DNA from: an uncultured cyanobacterium
GTDB taxonomy: Bacteria > Cyanobacteriota > Cyanobacteriia > Pseudanabaenales > Pseudanabaenaceae
Assembly: GCA_963703315.1 (NCBI GenBank)
Contig: OY969811.1
Location: 3,968,001-4,032,000 of the forward strand
Length of the DNA: 64,000 nt
Direction: 5' to 3'
In this document: positions 1 to 9,217 of the stretch, piece after piece
Position numbering within the stretch: position 1 is the first letter of the stretch
Layout of the letters: every line of letters starts with the position of its first letter
The notes under the pieces: model-generated
Databases searched by the model: none
Seen by the model: the letters and a program-made list of their open reading frames with translations, nothing else
What the model was told of the DNA's origin: nothing
Position numbers and translations under genes: made by a program

Positions 1-145
1 CGCAAAATGTGACGGCAAAAGTCGGACCTTCAGGTGTTCCCGACAATTGAAGTCCTAAAACCTGAGGCGATCGCCTCAGGTTGGAAATCTGGTGTAACCG
101 ATTCTCGATATTTAACTTGATGCCCTATTTATAGCGTTAATTTCC

Positions 146-3094
146 ATGCAAACCCACACTAATGCTATTCAAGATCTGCTGGATCGCTTTCCCCTGTTAC
201 AGAAGCTCGATCGCTCAATTTTGCAAGAACTGAGCGATCGCCTAAAACCATTGCGTTATCGGATGGGGCAGTTAATTTTGCGTCGCGAAACCATGCCATC
301 GCAAGTGTTGTTTTTATGGGAAGGTCAAGCCAGACTCTTAGCGCAAATCCCCAAAACGATCGCCCCTACGACCTTAGAAATTCTCAAATCAGGGTCAGTG
401 ATTGGATGGGCAAGTTTGATCCGTGACCTGCCCTGCGAAACGGCGATCGCTTCGATTGAAAGTACTTTTTTATCCATAGAGGCTGCCGATTTCTTAGAAT
501 TGTGCGATCGCTATCCCACTTTTAAAAATACTTTTATCTCCCAAGTCTCCCCCGCCGAAGTATTTGATTTATTTGCGATCGAGATGGATCGCCGCGCTCA
601 GTCTCCGCAAAATTTTACGCAACTGGTGCGGAATGCTTGCCAAGATGCACAGGTGTTGACTTTACCTGCGGGGAAAAATGCGATCGCGCCCCTTGATCCT
701 GAGTTTGTCTGGCTGATTAGTGGCGGCAAAAATATCACGATTCCGATGGGGACTCGTGTTGAGCCAACTCGCACTCTCTTTGAAGTGCCAGAATCTAGCT
801 ATTTGCGCTTAATTGGTTTGCGCGATGATTTTGCGGTAACTACCGAAGTTGTGGACGAATTGCCGCCATCGCCAACTGCCTTCGATATTCCCTACGCTCC
901 TGATTTGCCGACTGTGGGCGATCGCAGCGATCGCAAGTCCCAAGACTATCCCTATATCTATGGGCGTGGACCCATTGATGCGACCGTGGCTTGTTTTGAG
1001 ATGCTGGCGAAATATTGGAAGATGCCCTTTAATCGCCATGTCATCAAACGGGCGATCGCCAATCAATATGATCGTTCTCAGAAAATTTCGCTCCAGCTAT
1101 GCGGCACGATCGCTGAACTGATGGGACTAAATGGGCAATTGATCCAGATCCCTGCTAGTGCCATTGGTCAAGTTCCCACTCCTGCTTTATTGCCTTGGCA
1201 AGATACCTTTGCGGTGCTTTACAAAACTAGCGATCGCGAACAAGTATTAGGCATTCCTGAACAGGGCATTGTCACTAAAAAAAACGCTCAATTTATCGAT
1301 CTATGGGGTGAGTCAGGGCAGATTTTATTAATTCAACCGACTAAGGACACGCCCAAGCAAAAATTTGGTCTGTCTTGGTTTCTGCCATCGATTAAACGCT
1401 ATCGGAACCCCTTAATAACAGTACTGATTGCTTCTTTCTTTGTGCAGCTCTTAGGCTTGGCAAATCCCCTGATTACGCAGGTAATTATTGATAAAGTCAT
1501 TATTCAAAATTCTCCCGCCACCTTAAATATCCTCGGCATTCTGCTATTAACGATCGCCTTTTTTGAAGCCGTCATTACCGCCCTACGCACCTACTTGTTT
1601 GTGAATACCACAAACCGCATTGACCTAACCCTCGGTTCAGAAACTATTGATCATCTGGTCAGACTGCCCTTGCGCTATTTCGAGAAGCGATCGGTCGGCG
1701 AACTATCGAGTCGGATTGGGGAACTAGAAAATATTCGCCAATTCCTGACAGGAACCGCCCTCACCGTTGTTCTGGATGCGGTATTTTCTGTCGTTTATAT
1801 CGTGGTGATGATTTTCTATAGCTGGCTCTTGACTATTGTGGCGTTGGGAACCGTGCCACTGTTCGGGTTACTGACCTATATCGTCGCCCCGATTGTGAGA
1901 TCCCAACTACGCAGCAAAGCCGAGCGCAATGCCGCAACCCAGTCCTATCTAGTGGAAGTGGTTTCAGGGATTCAGACCGTTAAGGCGCAAAGTATTGAAT
2001 TGCAGTCACGATGGGAATGGCAACGGCGTTATGCTCGCTATGTTTCCGATGGCTTTAAAACCGTAGTCACTTCCACGACCGCAGGTTCGATGAGTCAGTT
2101 TTTAAACCAGTTTTCTAATCTACTGTTGCTGTGGGTTGGTGCGTCTTTAGTCCTGAAAGGCGATCTATCTCTAGGACAGTTGATTGCGTTTCGGATCATT
2201 GCTGGCTATACAACATCACCGCTTTTGCGCCTGATTCAACTGTGGCAAAATTTCCAAGAAACTGCGCTCTCACTGGAACGACTCAGCGATATTATCGATC
2301 ATCCTCAAGAGCAGGAAGAAGCAGGTCGCCGCAATATTCCCATGCCTGCCATTAAGGGTGCAGTGCGCTATGAGAATGTTAACTTTCGCTTTAATCCCAA
2401 TGGACCTTTGCAGCTAAATAATGTCAACTTAGATGTTCCGAATGGTCAGTTTGTGGGCGTAGTTGGAACCAGTGGTGCAGGTAAGAGTACGCTCACAAAA
2501 TTAATGTCACGGCTCTATGATCCCGAAGCAGGAAGAATCTTAATTGATGATTATGACATCGGCAAAGTCGAGCTATATTCTTTGCGACGACAAATTGGCG
2601 TGGTTTTGCAAGATACATTGCTATTTGATGGTACTGTGCAGCAAAATATTGCTTTGACCAATCCCGATGCTACTCCCGATGAAATTGTGGCGGCGGCAAA
2701 AACTGCCTGCGCCCATGATTTCATTATGCAACTGCCTCAAGGCTATGAGTCACGGGTGGGTGAGCGTGGTGCTTCCCTTTCAGGTGGACAAAGACAAAGA
2801 ATTGCGATCGCGCGGACGATTTTGCAAAAGCCACAGTTACTAATTTTGGATGAAGCGACTAGCGCCTTAGACTACAATACCGAGCGTCAGGTTTGTTTAA
2901 ATCTTGCTGAAGAGTTTCGTGGGCGCACAGTGTTCTTTATTACCCATCGCCTTGCCACAATTAATAATGCTGACTTAATTTTGCTGATGGACAAAGGAAG
3001 GATTGCCGAGCAAGGAACTCACTCTGAACTAATGGCATTGCAAGATCGCTATTTCTGTTTATATCGTCAACAGGAAGCGGCGGGTGACTCTTAG
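146..3094 (+). CDS. hlyB: Type I secretion ABC transporter, HlyB family (cNMP-binding + C39-like + TM + NBD)
   Basis: N-terminal cNMP-binding-like domain, TM helices, Walker A GTSGAGKS, LSGGQ signature, LILDEATSALD; adjacent to HlyD. Confidence 0.92.
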   Translation: MQTHTNAIQDLLDRFPLLQKLDRSILQELSDRLKPLRYRMGQLILRRETMPSQVLFLWEGQARLLAQIPKTIAPTTLEILKSGSVIGWASLIRDLPCETAIASIESTFLSIEAADFLELCDRYPTFKNTFISQVSPAEVFDLFAIEMDRRAQSPQNFTQLVRNACQDAQVLTLPAGKNAIAPLDPEFVWLISGGKNITIPMGTRVEPTRTLFEVPESSYLRLIGLRDDFAVTTEVVDELPPSPTAFDIPYAPDLPTVGDRSDRKSQDYPYIYGRGPIDATVACFEMLAKYWKMPFNRHVIKRAIANQYDRSQKISLQLCGTIAELMGLNGQLIQIPASAIGQVPTPALLPWQDTFAVLYKTSDREQVLGIPEQGIVTKKNAQFIDLWGESGQILLIQPTKDTPKQKFGLSWFLPSIKRYRNPLITVLIASFFVQLLGLANPLITQVIIDKVIIQNSPATLNILGILLLTIAFFEAVITALRTYLFVNTTNRIDLTLGSETIDHLVRLPLRYFEKRSVGELSSRIGELENIRQFLTGTALTVVLDAVFSVVYIVVMIFYSWLLTIVALGTVPLFGLLTYIVAPIVRSQLRSKAERNAATQSYLVEVVSGIQTVKAQSIELQSRWEWQRRYARYVSDGFKTVVTSTTAGSMSQFLNQFSNLLLLWVGASLVLKGDLSLGQLIAFRIIAGYTTSPLLRLIQLWQNFQETALSLERLSDIIDHPQEQEEAGRRNIPMPAIKGAVRYENVNFRFNPNGPLQLNNVNLDVPNGQFVGVVGTSGAGKSTLTKLMSRLYDPEAGRILIDDYDIGKVELYSLRRQIGVVLQDTLLFDGTVQQNIALTNPDATPDEIVAAAKTACAHDFIMQLPQGYESRVGERGASLSGGQRQRIAIARTILQKPQLLILDEATSALDYNTERQVCLNLAEEFRGRTVFFITHRLATINNADLILLMDKGRIAEQGTHSELMALQDRYFCLYRQQEAAGDS

Positions 3095-3163
3095 AGTTAA
3101 GTTAGATTTCCCCAATTTTGATTTTCCCAATACAAAAGAACTAACACACAAGGTGAAAAGAGC

Positions 3164-4708
3164 ATGACAAATGTTAATGGTAATCAACCAACCCCAAAAT
3201 TAGCCGCGATCGCCCCTGAAGATCTAGCTTCTAGTAATGGCTTGGATAAGCCTGCTAAGTTAGCCCCAAAAAGCGATTTCGATCAGCCTTTAGCCTTAAG
3301 TCAATCACCCAAATGGATTCCTGCAATTTTATGGACGTTAGTCGGCTCAGTGACAGTAGCGATTATTTGGGCTTCATTCGCCAAAATTGATGAGTCGGTT
3401 CCTGCTCAAGGCAAACTAGAACCACAGGGAGCCGTCAAGGAAGTGAGAATTCCTGCTAATGGTGTACTTAAAGAGGTTTTGGTGAAAGATGGTCAAAAAG
3501 TGAAAACAGGGGAGGTTTTACTACGAATTGATACAACAGTAGCCAAATCCCAACTGGAATCGTTGCAAAAATTACGCAAAAATCTTCAGCAGGAAAATCA
3601 GTTTTATCGTGAAGTACTTAATGGTAAACCATCACAAATTAATGGAGCAAAAGCGATCGCTGTCCCTGCGGAATTTTTTGCCCTAGCCCGTAACCGTGAA
3701 GCATTAATCACCGAAATGCAGCTATATCGGATGCAGGTTAATGGTGGCGGTGCAGATTTGACAGGCGATCAACAGGATCGGCTCATGGCTTCAAGGGCAG
3801 AGCTAGGATCGCGATCGCAAGCTGCGGAAGCAAATATTAATCAGTCCATTAAGCAATTAAATCAAACTCGGATTAATCGCTCAAGCAAAGAACGTGCCTT
3901 AGATATTGAGAAAGACATTCTTAAAAGAATAAAAAGCCTCTGCAAGGAAGGTGCAGCATCTGAGCTTCAATGCCTTAAGCAACAACAACTAGTTCAAACC
4001 TCTGAGGCAGAAATTCGGCAATTAGCGCAGGAGGAACAGCGAATTCAGGCAGCGATCGCAGAAGGACAGGCTCGACTGAATAATACCTTTGACATTACCC
4101 GCAAGGAATTGACTAGCCAAATTGGCGATAATACGAAACGCATTGCCGAAATCGATAGTCAATTCACTAAAGCCTTAGTGGAAAATACCAAGAAGCTGAC
4201 AGAAGTAGAAGGACAAATCAAACAAGCAGAAGTGTTATTGAAAAACCAAGAACTCATTGCCCCTGCATCAGGTACAGTGTTTGAACTCAAGGCAGGACTT
4301 GGCTATGTCGCAAATCCTAATACTGGAGAAGTGGTGCTAAAAATTGTGCCTGACGATCTGCTGGTAGCAAAAGTATTTATTAGTAATCAAGATATCGGTT
4401 TTGTCACCGAGGGCAAAGATGTGGATGTTCGCATTGATTCTTTTCCTTTCACTGAGTTTGGCGATGTTAAGGGAAAATTGATTTGGATTGGCTCCGATGC
4501 CTTGCCTCCTGATCAAGCAAATCCCACCTACAGATTCCCTGCAAAGGTGCAACTTGCAAAACAATTCCTAGATCCTAATGGGCGCAAAATCAATTTGCAA
4601 TCAGGAATGTCATTGACAGCAAATATTAAAATTCGCGATCGCACCGTAATGAGCTTATTTACAGATTTCCTCTCTAAAAATACTGATAGCCTCAAATTTG
4701 TTCGTTAG
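3164..4708 (+). CDS. hlyD: HlyD-family membrane fusion protein
   Basis: Single TM, lipoyl-like VKDGQKVKTGEVLLRID, long coiled coil, FPFTEFGDVKG motif. Confidence 0.92.
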   Translation: MTNVNGNQPTPKLAAIAPEDLASSNGLDKPAKLAPKSDFDQPLALSQSPKWIPAILWTLVGSVTVAIIWASFAKIDESVPAQGKLEPQGAVKEVRIPANGVLKEVLVKDGQKVKTGEVLLRIDTTVAKSQLESLQKLRKNLQQENQFYREVLNGKPSQINGAKAIAVPAEFFALARNREALITEMQLYRMQVNGGGADLTGDQQDRLMASRAELGSRSQAAEANINQSIKQLNQTRINRSSKERALDIEKDILKRIKSLCKEGAASELQCLKQQQLVQTSEAEIRQLAQEEQRIQAAIAEGQARLNNTFDITRKELTSQIGDNTKRIAEIDSQFTKALVENTKKLTEVEGQIKQAEVLLKNQELIAPASGTVFELKAGLGYVANPNTGEVVLKIVPDDLLVAKVFISNQDIGFVTEGKDVDVRIDSFPFTEFGDVKGKLIWIGSDALPPDQANPTYRFPAKVQLAKQFLDPNGRKINLQSGMSLTANIKIRDRTVMSLFTDFLSKNTDSLKFVR

Positions 4709-4804
4709 TTTTGAGATTATTAGGATTTATAGCTGTAGTCAGTTATGTCTTAACTTGCTTGGCTATGGCTATACGCAAAAACGTTTTGAAAACAACATTT
4801 CATT

Positions 4805-4834
4805 GTAGGGGACAATTCATAAGTTGTCCCCTAC
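4805..4834. repeat. GTAG-type REP-like palindrome
   Basis: GTAGGGGACAAT-TCATAA-GTTGTCCCCTAC. Confidence 0.6.
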
Positions 4835-4842
4835 ATTTTTAT

Positions 4843-4937
4843 GGTTAACTTTGGTTTAAAAAAAGATAATTGTTAGGTTAAAAAATAAATAAGCTTTAGT
4901 ATAAATTTGGTTAAAAAACTAATTCTAATCAAGTTAA
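4843..4937. promoter_or_regulatory. Possible Pho/SphR box array
   Basis: GGTTAA/GTTTAA at 4843, 4854, 4876 and 4909 (multiples of 11 bp; TTAACC on minus strand) upstream of a phosphatase gene. Confidence 0.4.
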
Positions 4938-5041
4938 TAGATCAATGTATTTAGAAATACCTATATTTCCTGAAAAATTATGGCAAACTGCAAATTAGTA
5001 AGATTTTTATGTATTTCGCTAGATAGTTCTCAAACAAATTT

Positions 5042-7255
5042 ATGGCAACCCTTTCCTTCGATACAACTCAACCTGCTCAACTTCAAGGTTTAGGTGGTTA
5101 CACAGTTGACCCAATCTTTACAGTTGGCGATAAGATTGGAGATTACGTTCCTGCTGGTATCCTTGATGGTATTGGTGCTTACTCCCTTAATGACACAACT
5201 GTTCGCTTATTAGTTGTTAATGAAGTAGGTAGTACCGATGGCTATAAATACAGCCTTGCAAATGGTACACAGCTCTCTGGTGCTAGAGTTAACTACTTTG
5301 ATGTTGACAAGCGTACATTCCAAATAGTCGATGCTGGACTAGCCCACAACACAATTATTAATCGCGCAGGTGAAGTTGTTGATGCTGCTTCTGATTTGGA
5401 ATTTGGTGGTATTCAACGCTTCTGCTCTGCGGCTTTGTTTGAAGCAAACCAGTTTGGAGAGGATATCGGTTTAGCCGATCGCATCTTCTTCAGTGGTGAA
5501 GAAACTAATGGCGGTACACAATTTGCCTTAGATACAGCTACTAATACCCTGTATGCCGTTCCCGCATTCGGTCGTGCAGGATGGGAGAATGTCACCGAAA
5601 TCAATACAGGAAGCACCGACAAAGTTGCTTTTATTGTTGGTGATGATCGTAGCAATGCTCCATTACTTCTCTATGTTGGCGACAAGAATGCCAAAAATGA
5701 CGGCAGTTTCCTAGATCGTAATGGATTGGCACAGGGCAAGTTATTTGTTTGGGTGGCTGACGATCCTAATAGTGCTAGTGATCTCATTGAGCGTAGTGCT
5801 AGTGAATTTAGTGGTAGTGGTAATAGCACCAATGGCAAATTCGTCGAAATCGCTTACTACAATCCTGCTTTGGCAAATACTAGTGGCTATGATGCTCAAG
5901 GTTTTGCCACCCAAGCTAAACAGGATGAATTAGCTAACGCTGCTGGTGCATTCAAGTTCTCTCGTCCTGAAGATGTTGCCACCAATCCTTTTGATGGAAC
6001 TCAAGTTGTATTAGCTTCCACTGGTGTGGCGAATACGTCAGATGTATGGGGTACAACTTACAAAATTGATGTTGATTTTAATAACATCAACACAGGCAAT
6101 ATCACTGCCAAAATTGACATTCTTTACGATGGTAACGAAGCTGGTAAACAAGATTTTGGATTGCGTAGCCCTGACAATCTAACTTGGGCTAACGATGGCA
6201 AGATCTACATTCAAGAAGATCGGGCGATCGGAGCCGATCTTTTTGGTGCAACATCAAAGCAGGAAGCTTCTATCTTTGTTCTTGATCCTTTTGCGGCTGA
6301 CCCTGCGGCAAGCGTTACTCGTATTGCTCAAATTAATCGCTCCGCCGTACCTTCTGGTCAAACCGACTCTAGCCCAACTGACCTCGGCAACTGGGAAAGC
6401 TCTGGTATCCTTGATGTCTCTACTCTGTTTGGCAATAAACCAGGTACACTTTTTATCACTGATACCCAAGCTCACAGTCTTCGTAATGGAACAATCATTA
6501 CTGCTACCAACATTGATGGCAATGGTGATGGCATCAAAACCAGACAAGAAAATCTTGTGGAAGGCGGTCAACTCGCATTCTTGATTGCGCCTAATGCTAA
6601 CCTTGTCCAAAATCCCTCTTCTGTGGTCGGTACTGCTGGTGCTGACAAGTTCACAGCTGGTGTCACCAAAGGTTTTGATGGTACTAATGATATCGTCTCC
6701 ACTGGTGCTGGTAACGACAGAGTTGATAGCTCTAGAGGTTTTGGTAACAACCTCATTGACACTGGAAGTGGAGATGACAAAATCATTTTGGCTAATGGAG
6801 ATCGCGTTTTTGCTGGCTTAGGTAAAGACGAGGTAAATGCCGTAAATGCTAGCAATTACTCTATTGATGGTGGTGCAGGAAATGACACATTTTTCCTAGG
6901 TGCTAGTGGAACTGTCTTGGGTGGTGATGGCAACGATAGCTTCTTTGCTACTACTGGTGATGACATCTTCTTTGAGCCTACTGGTGCTGGCAACTTGCTA
7001 TATGGTGGTGCTGGTGCTGATAAGTTCTGGCTCTTCAATGGTGAAGCTGCATCTAGCCCAATCACGATCGCTGATTTCCAAGTTGGCACAGATGTAATTG
7101 GTTTCATTGGTGTAGGCAAAGGAACCTTTTCTCAATTGACTCTTTCTGGAAATACCATTAGTTTTGATGGTGAGACGATCGCCACCTTAACTGGAATTGA
7201 TACTTCCACCTTGACTGCCAATAGCTTTAAGTTCGTCAAGAATTTTGAAGCTTAA
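5042..7255 (+). CDS. PhoX/DUF839-like alkaline phosphatase with C-terminal RTX Ca-binding repeats
   Basis: RFCS, GR..WEN, RPED, SPDNL, IQED, WESSG motifs; GGAGND and GGDGND nonapeptides; no N-terminal signal peptide. Confidence 0.8.
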   Translation: MATLSFDTTQPAQLQGLGGYTVDPIFTVGDKIGDYVPAGILDGIGAYSLNDTTVRLLVVNEVGSTDGYKYSLANGTQLSGARVNYFDVDKRTFQIVDAGLAHNTIINRAGEVVDAASDLEFGGIQRFCSAALFEANQFGEDIGLADRIFFSGEETNGGTQFALDTATNTLYAVPAFGRAGWENVTEINTGSTDKVAFIVGDDRSNAPLLLYVGDKNAKNDGSFLDRNGLAQGKLFVWVADDPNSASDLIERSASEFSGSGNSTNGKFVEIAYYNPALANTSGYDAQGFATQAKQDELANAAGAFKFSRPEDVATNPFDGTQVVLASTGVANTSDVWGTTYKIDVDFNNINTGNITAKIDILYDGNEAGKQDFGLRSPDNLTWANDGKIYIQEDRAIGADLFGATSKQEASIFVLDPFAADPAASVTRIAQINRSAVPSGQTDSSPTDLGNWESSGILDVSTLFGNKPGTLFITDTQAHSLRNGTIITATNIDGNGDGIKTRQENLVEGGQLAFLIAPNANLVQNPSSVVGTAGADKFTAGVTKGFDGTNDIVSTGAGNDRVDSSRGFGNNLIDTGSGDDKIILANGDRVFAGLGKDEVNAVNASNYSIDGGAGNDTFFLGASGTVLGGDGNDSFFATTGDDIFFEPTGAGNLLYGGAGADKFWLFNGEAASSPITIADFQVGTDVIGFIGVGKGTFSQLTLSGNTISFDGETIATLTGIDTSTLTANSFKFVKNFEA

Positions 7256-7278
7256 TTAATTTCGTCTGTTTTACAGCG

Positions 7279-7331
7279 CAAAAGCAGAGCTTGTGCCGCC
7301 CGCGTAGCGGGCGGCACAAGCTCTGCTTTTG
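7279..7331. repeat. Perfect palindrome, core of MITE family B; probable terminator
   Basis: CAAAAGCAGAGCTTGTGCCGCCCGC-GTA-GCGGGCGGCACAAGCTCTGCTTTTG; same core in the 30391, 45669 and 58340 elements. Confidence 0.8.
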
Positions 7332-7402
7332 GCTTATTTACTTAGCAAGAAATGGGTGGCTCAAGGAGCGAACAGTTGATACATTGAGAATAAATCTGTG
7401 TA

Positions 7403-8296
7403 TTGGTTAGTATGAACCCATCGATAGAAACTACCCTAGATGAGAATATGGGCGATCTCGCAACCTATGAACTGATGGCAAAAGCGATCGCCTTTATTCG
7501 TCAAAACCATCGACAACAGCCAGATCTCGCCGCGATCGCGCAACAAGTCCATCTGAGTGAATATCACTTTCAGCGCTTGTTTACTAAATGGGCAGGGATT
7601 AGCCCCAAGCGATTTTTACAATATCTGACGGTGGAATATGCTAAGTCCAAAATTGCGGAAACAAAGAACTTGCTGGAATTGACTGGAGATGTGGGTTTAT
7701 CCAGTGCAGGGCGATTGCATGATCTATTTGTGAACCTTGAAGCAATGTCACCACAAGAGTTTAAAACTGGTGGTAAAGGTTTACAGATTTGGTATGGCAT
7801 CCATGAAACGATGTTTGGTGATTGCCTGATTGCCACGACAGAGCGAGGTATTTGTAATTTGTATTTTCTGGATGGAATGGATAATCAAGCTGCCGCATTA
7901 ATGCTAAGAGAGGAATGGTCAAAGGCGGAAATTATTTGCGATCGCCAAATTACCCAACCAATTTGCGATCGCCTATTTAGCCATCTTCCTAATCTGAATC
8001 CTGATAGCCAACCAACCCTTACACTCTATGTCAAAGGCACTAACTTCCAAATTCAAGTCTGGCGAGCCTTGCTGCGAATTCCCTTTGGTGGGATTACCAC
8101 TTATCAGGACTTAGGGCGATCGCTTGGTCGTCCCAAGTCAGCCAGAGCGATCGGTAATGCCGTTGGTAGCAATCCCATTAGTTACATCATTCCCTGTCAT
8201 CGCGTCATTCGGGAATCAGGAGAATTAGGCGGCTATCGTTGGGGATTGGAGCGTAAAACAGCAATACTAGGCTGGGAAGCTAGCTATCAAAATTAG
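7403..8296 (+). CDS. Ada-like AraC HTH / O6-methylguanine-DNA methyltransferase
   Basis: HLSEYHFQRLFTKWAGISPK HTH; IPCHRV active site; true start may be ATG 7412 or later. Confidence 0.9.
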   Translation: MVSMNPSIETTLDENMGDLATYELMAKAIAFIRQNHRQQPDLAAIAQQVHLSEYHFQRLFTKWAGISPKRFLQYLTVEYAKSKIAETKNLLELTGDVGLSSAGRLHDLFVNLEAMSPQEFKTGGKGLQIWYGIHETMFGDCLIATTERGICNLYFLDGMDNQAAALMLREEWSKAEIICDRQITQPICDRLFSHLPNLNPDSQPTLTLYVKGTNFQIQVWRALLRIPFGGITTYQDLGRSLGRPKSARAIGNAVGSNPISYIIPCHRVIRESGELGGYRWGLERKTAILGWEASYQN

Positions 8297-8390
8297 GTTG
8301 GTTGGACTACCCAGTTAAACTATAAAAGGTGATCTCACTATCAGGATTTCAATTGCTCTATAATTGCAGGTAAAATAGAGAAAGATAACA

Positions 8391-8807
8391 ATGGCAGCTA
8401 AAGATAGATTTCATGCTGTAGTTAGACTTGCTCTGGAAAAGGAGCAGTGGAATATAACTGACGATCCGCTACGGCTGGAAGTCGGTGGAACTAAGCTTGA
8501 AATTGATTTAGGTGCGGAGCAATTGCTAGCAGCAGAAAGAGGCACAGAAAAAATTGCTATTGAAATAAAGACCTTTTTGAGTGATTCTCCACTGACGGAT
8601 TATCATGCTGCTTTGGGACAATTTTTGAATTATCGACTTGCCTTAGAAATTATTGATTCAACTCGCATTCTATATTTAGCAGTTCCTGTGGGTGCTTATG
8701 AAGCTTTTTTTAAGCGTGAATTTGCACAAATTTCATTAGAAAGATATCAGATTAAACTAATCATTTACGACCCAATTCAAGAGGTGATTGTCCAATGGAT
8801 ACCATAG
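8391..8807 (+). CDS. xisH: XisH family protein
   Basis: MAAKD.FH..V..ALEK..W.IT.DP, IDLGAE, IAIEIK, ALGQFLNY. Confidence 0.93.
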   Translation: MAAKDRFHAVVRLALEKEQWNITDDPLRLEVGGTKLEIDLGAEQLLAAERGTEKIAIEIKTFLSDSPLTDYHAALGQFLNYRLALEIIDSTRILYLAVPVGAYEAFFKREFAQISLERYQIKLIIYDPIQEVIVQWIP

Positions 8808-9130
8808 ATTTTTATCGCAATGTAATTCAGTCGTTATTGTCAGCTTATGCAGCTATTCCGATCGCCAATGGAGCGATTGATTGCTATACAGTTTTTGATA
8901 CAAAGCAAGACCATTATCATGTAATGAATGTGGGATGGGATGGGCACCGCCGAGTTTATGGTTGTGTTTTACATTTGGATATTAAGAATGGAAAAATTTG
9001 GATTCAGCAAAATATGACGGAAATGCGAGTTGCTCAAGAGCTTGTTGATTTAGGGGTAGCGAAGGAGGATATTGTGTTGGGATTTCAGGCTCCTGAAATG
9101 CGGGAATATACAGGCTATGCAGTTGCTTAA
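8795..9130 (+). CDS. xisI: XisI family protein
   Basis: VGWDGHRRVYGCVLHLDIKNGKIWIQ, GVAKEDIVLGF; overlaps xisH. Confidence 0.93.
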   Translation: MDTIDFYRNVIQSLLSAYAAIPIANGAIDCYTVFDTKQDHYHVMNVGWDGHRRVYGCVLHLDIKNGKIWIQQNMTEMRVAQELVDLGVAKEDIVLGFQAPEMREYTGYAVA

Positions 9131-9171
9131 TACCAAACCTAAAAATGGCTCTGCCATTTTTAGGTTTGGTA
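9131..9171. terminator. Perfect palindrome related to MITE family A end; bidirectional terminator candidate
   Basis: TACCAAACCTAAAAATGGC-TCT-GCCATTTTTAGGTTTGGTA between convergent xisI and topA. Confidence 0.65.
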
Positions 9172-9217
9172 TTAAGCCCTCTCCTTTGCAAGGAGAGGGC
9201 TTAAGGGTGAGGTTAAT

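Noticed and set aside
8391..9130. fdxN-type excision element
   Set aside because: No XisF serine recombinase or interrupted target gene in the window
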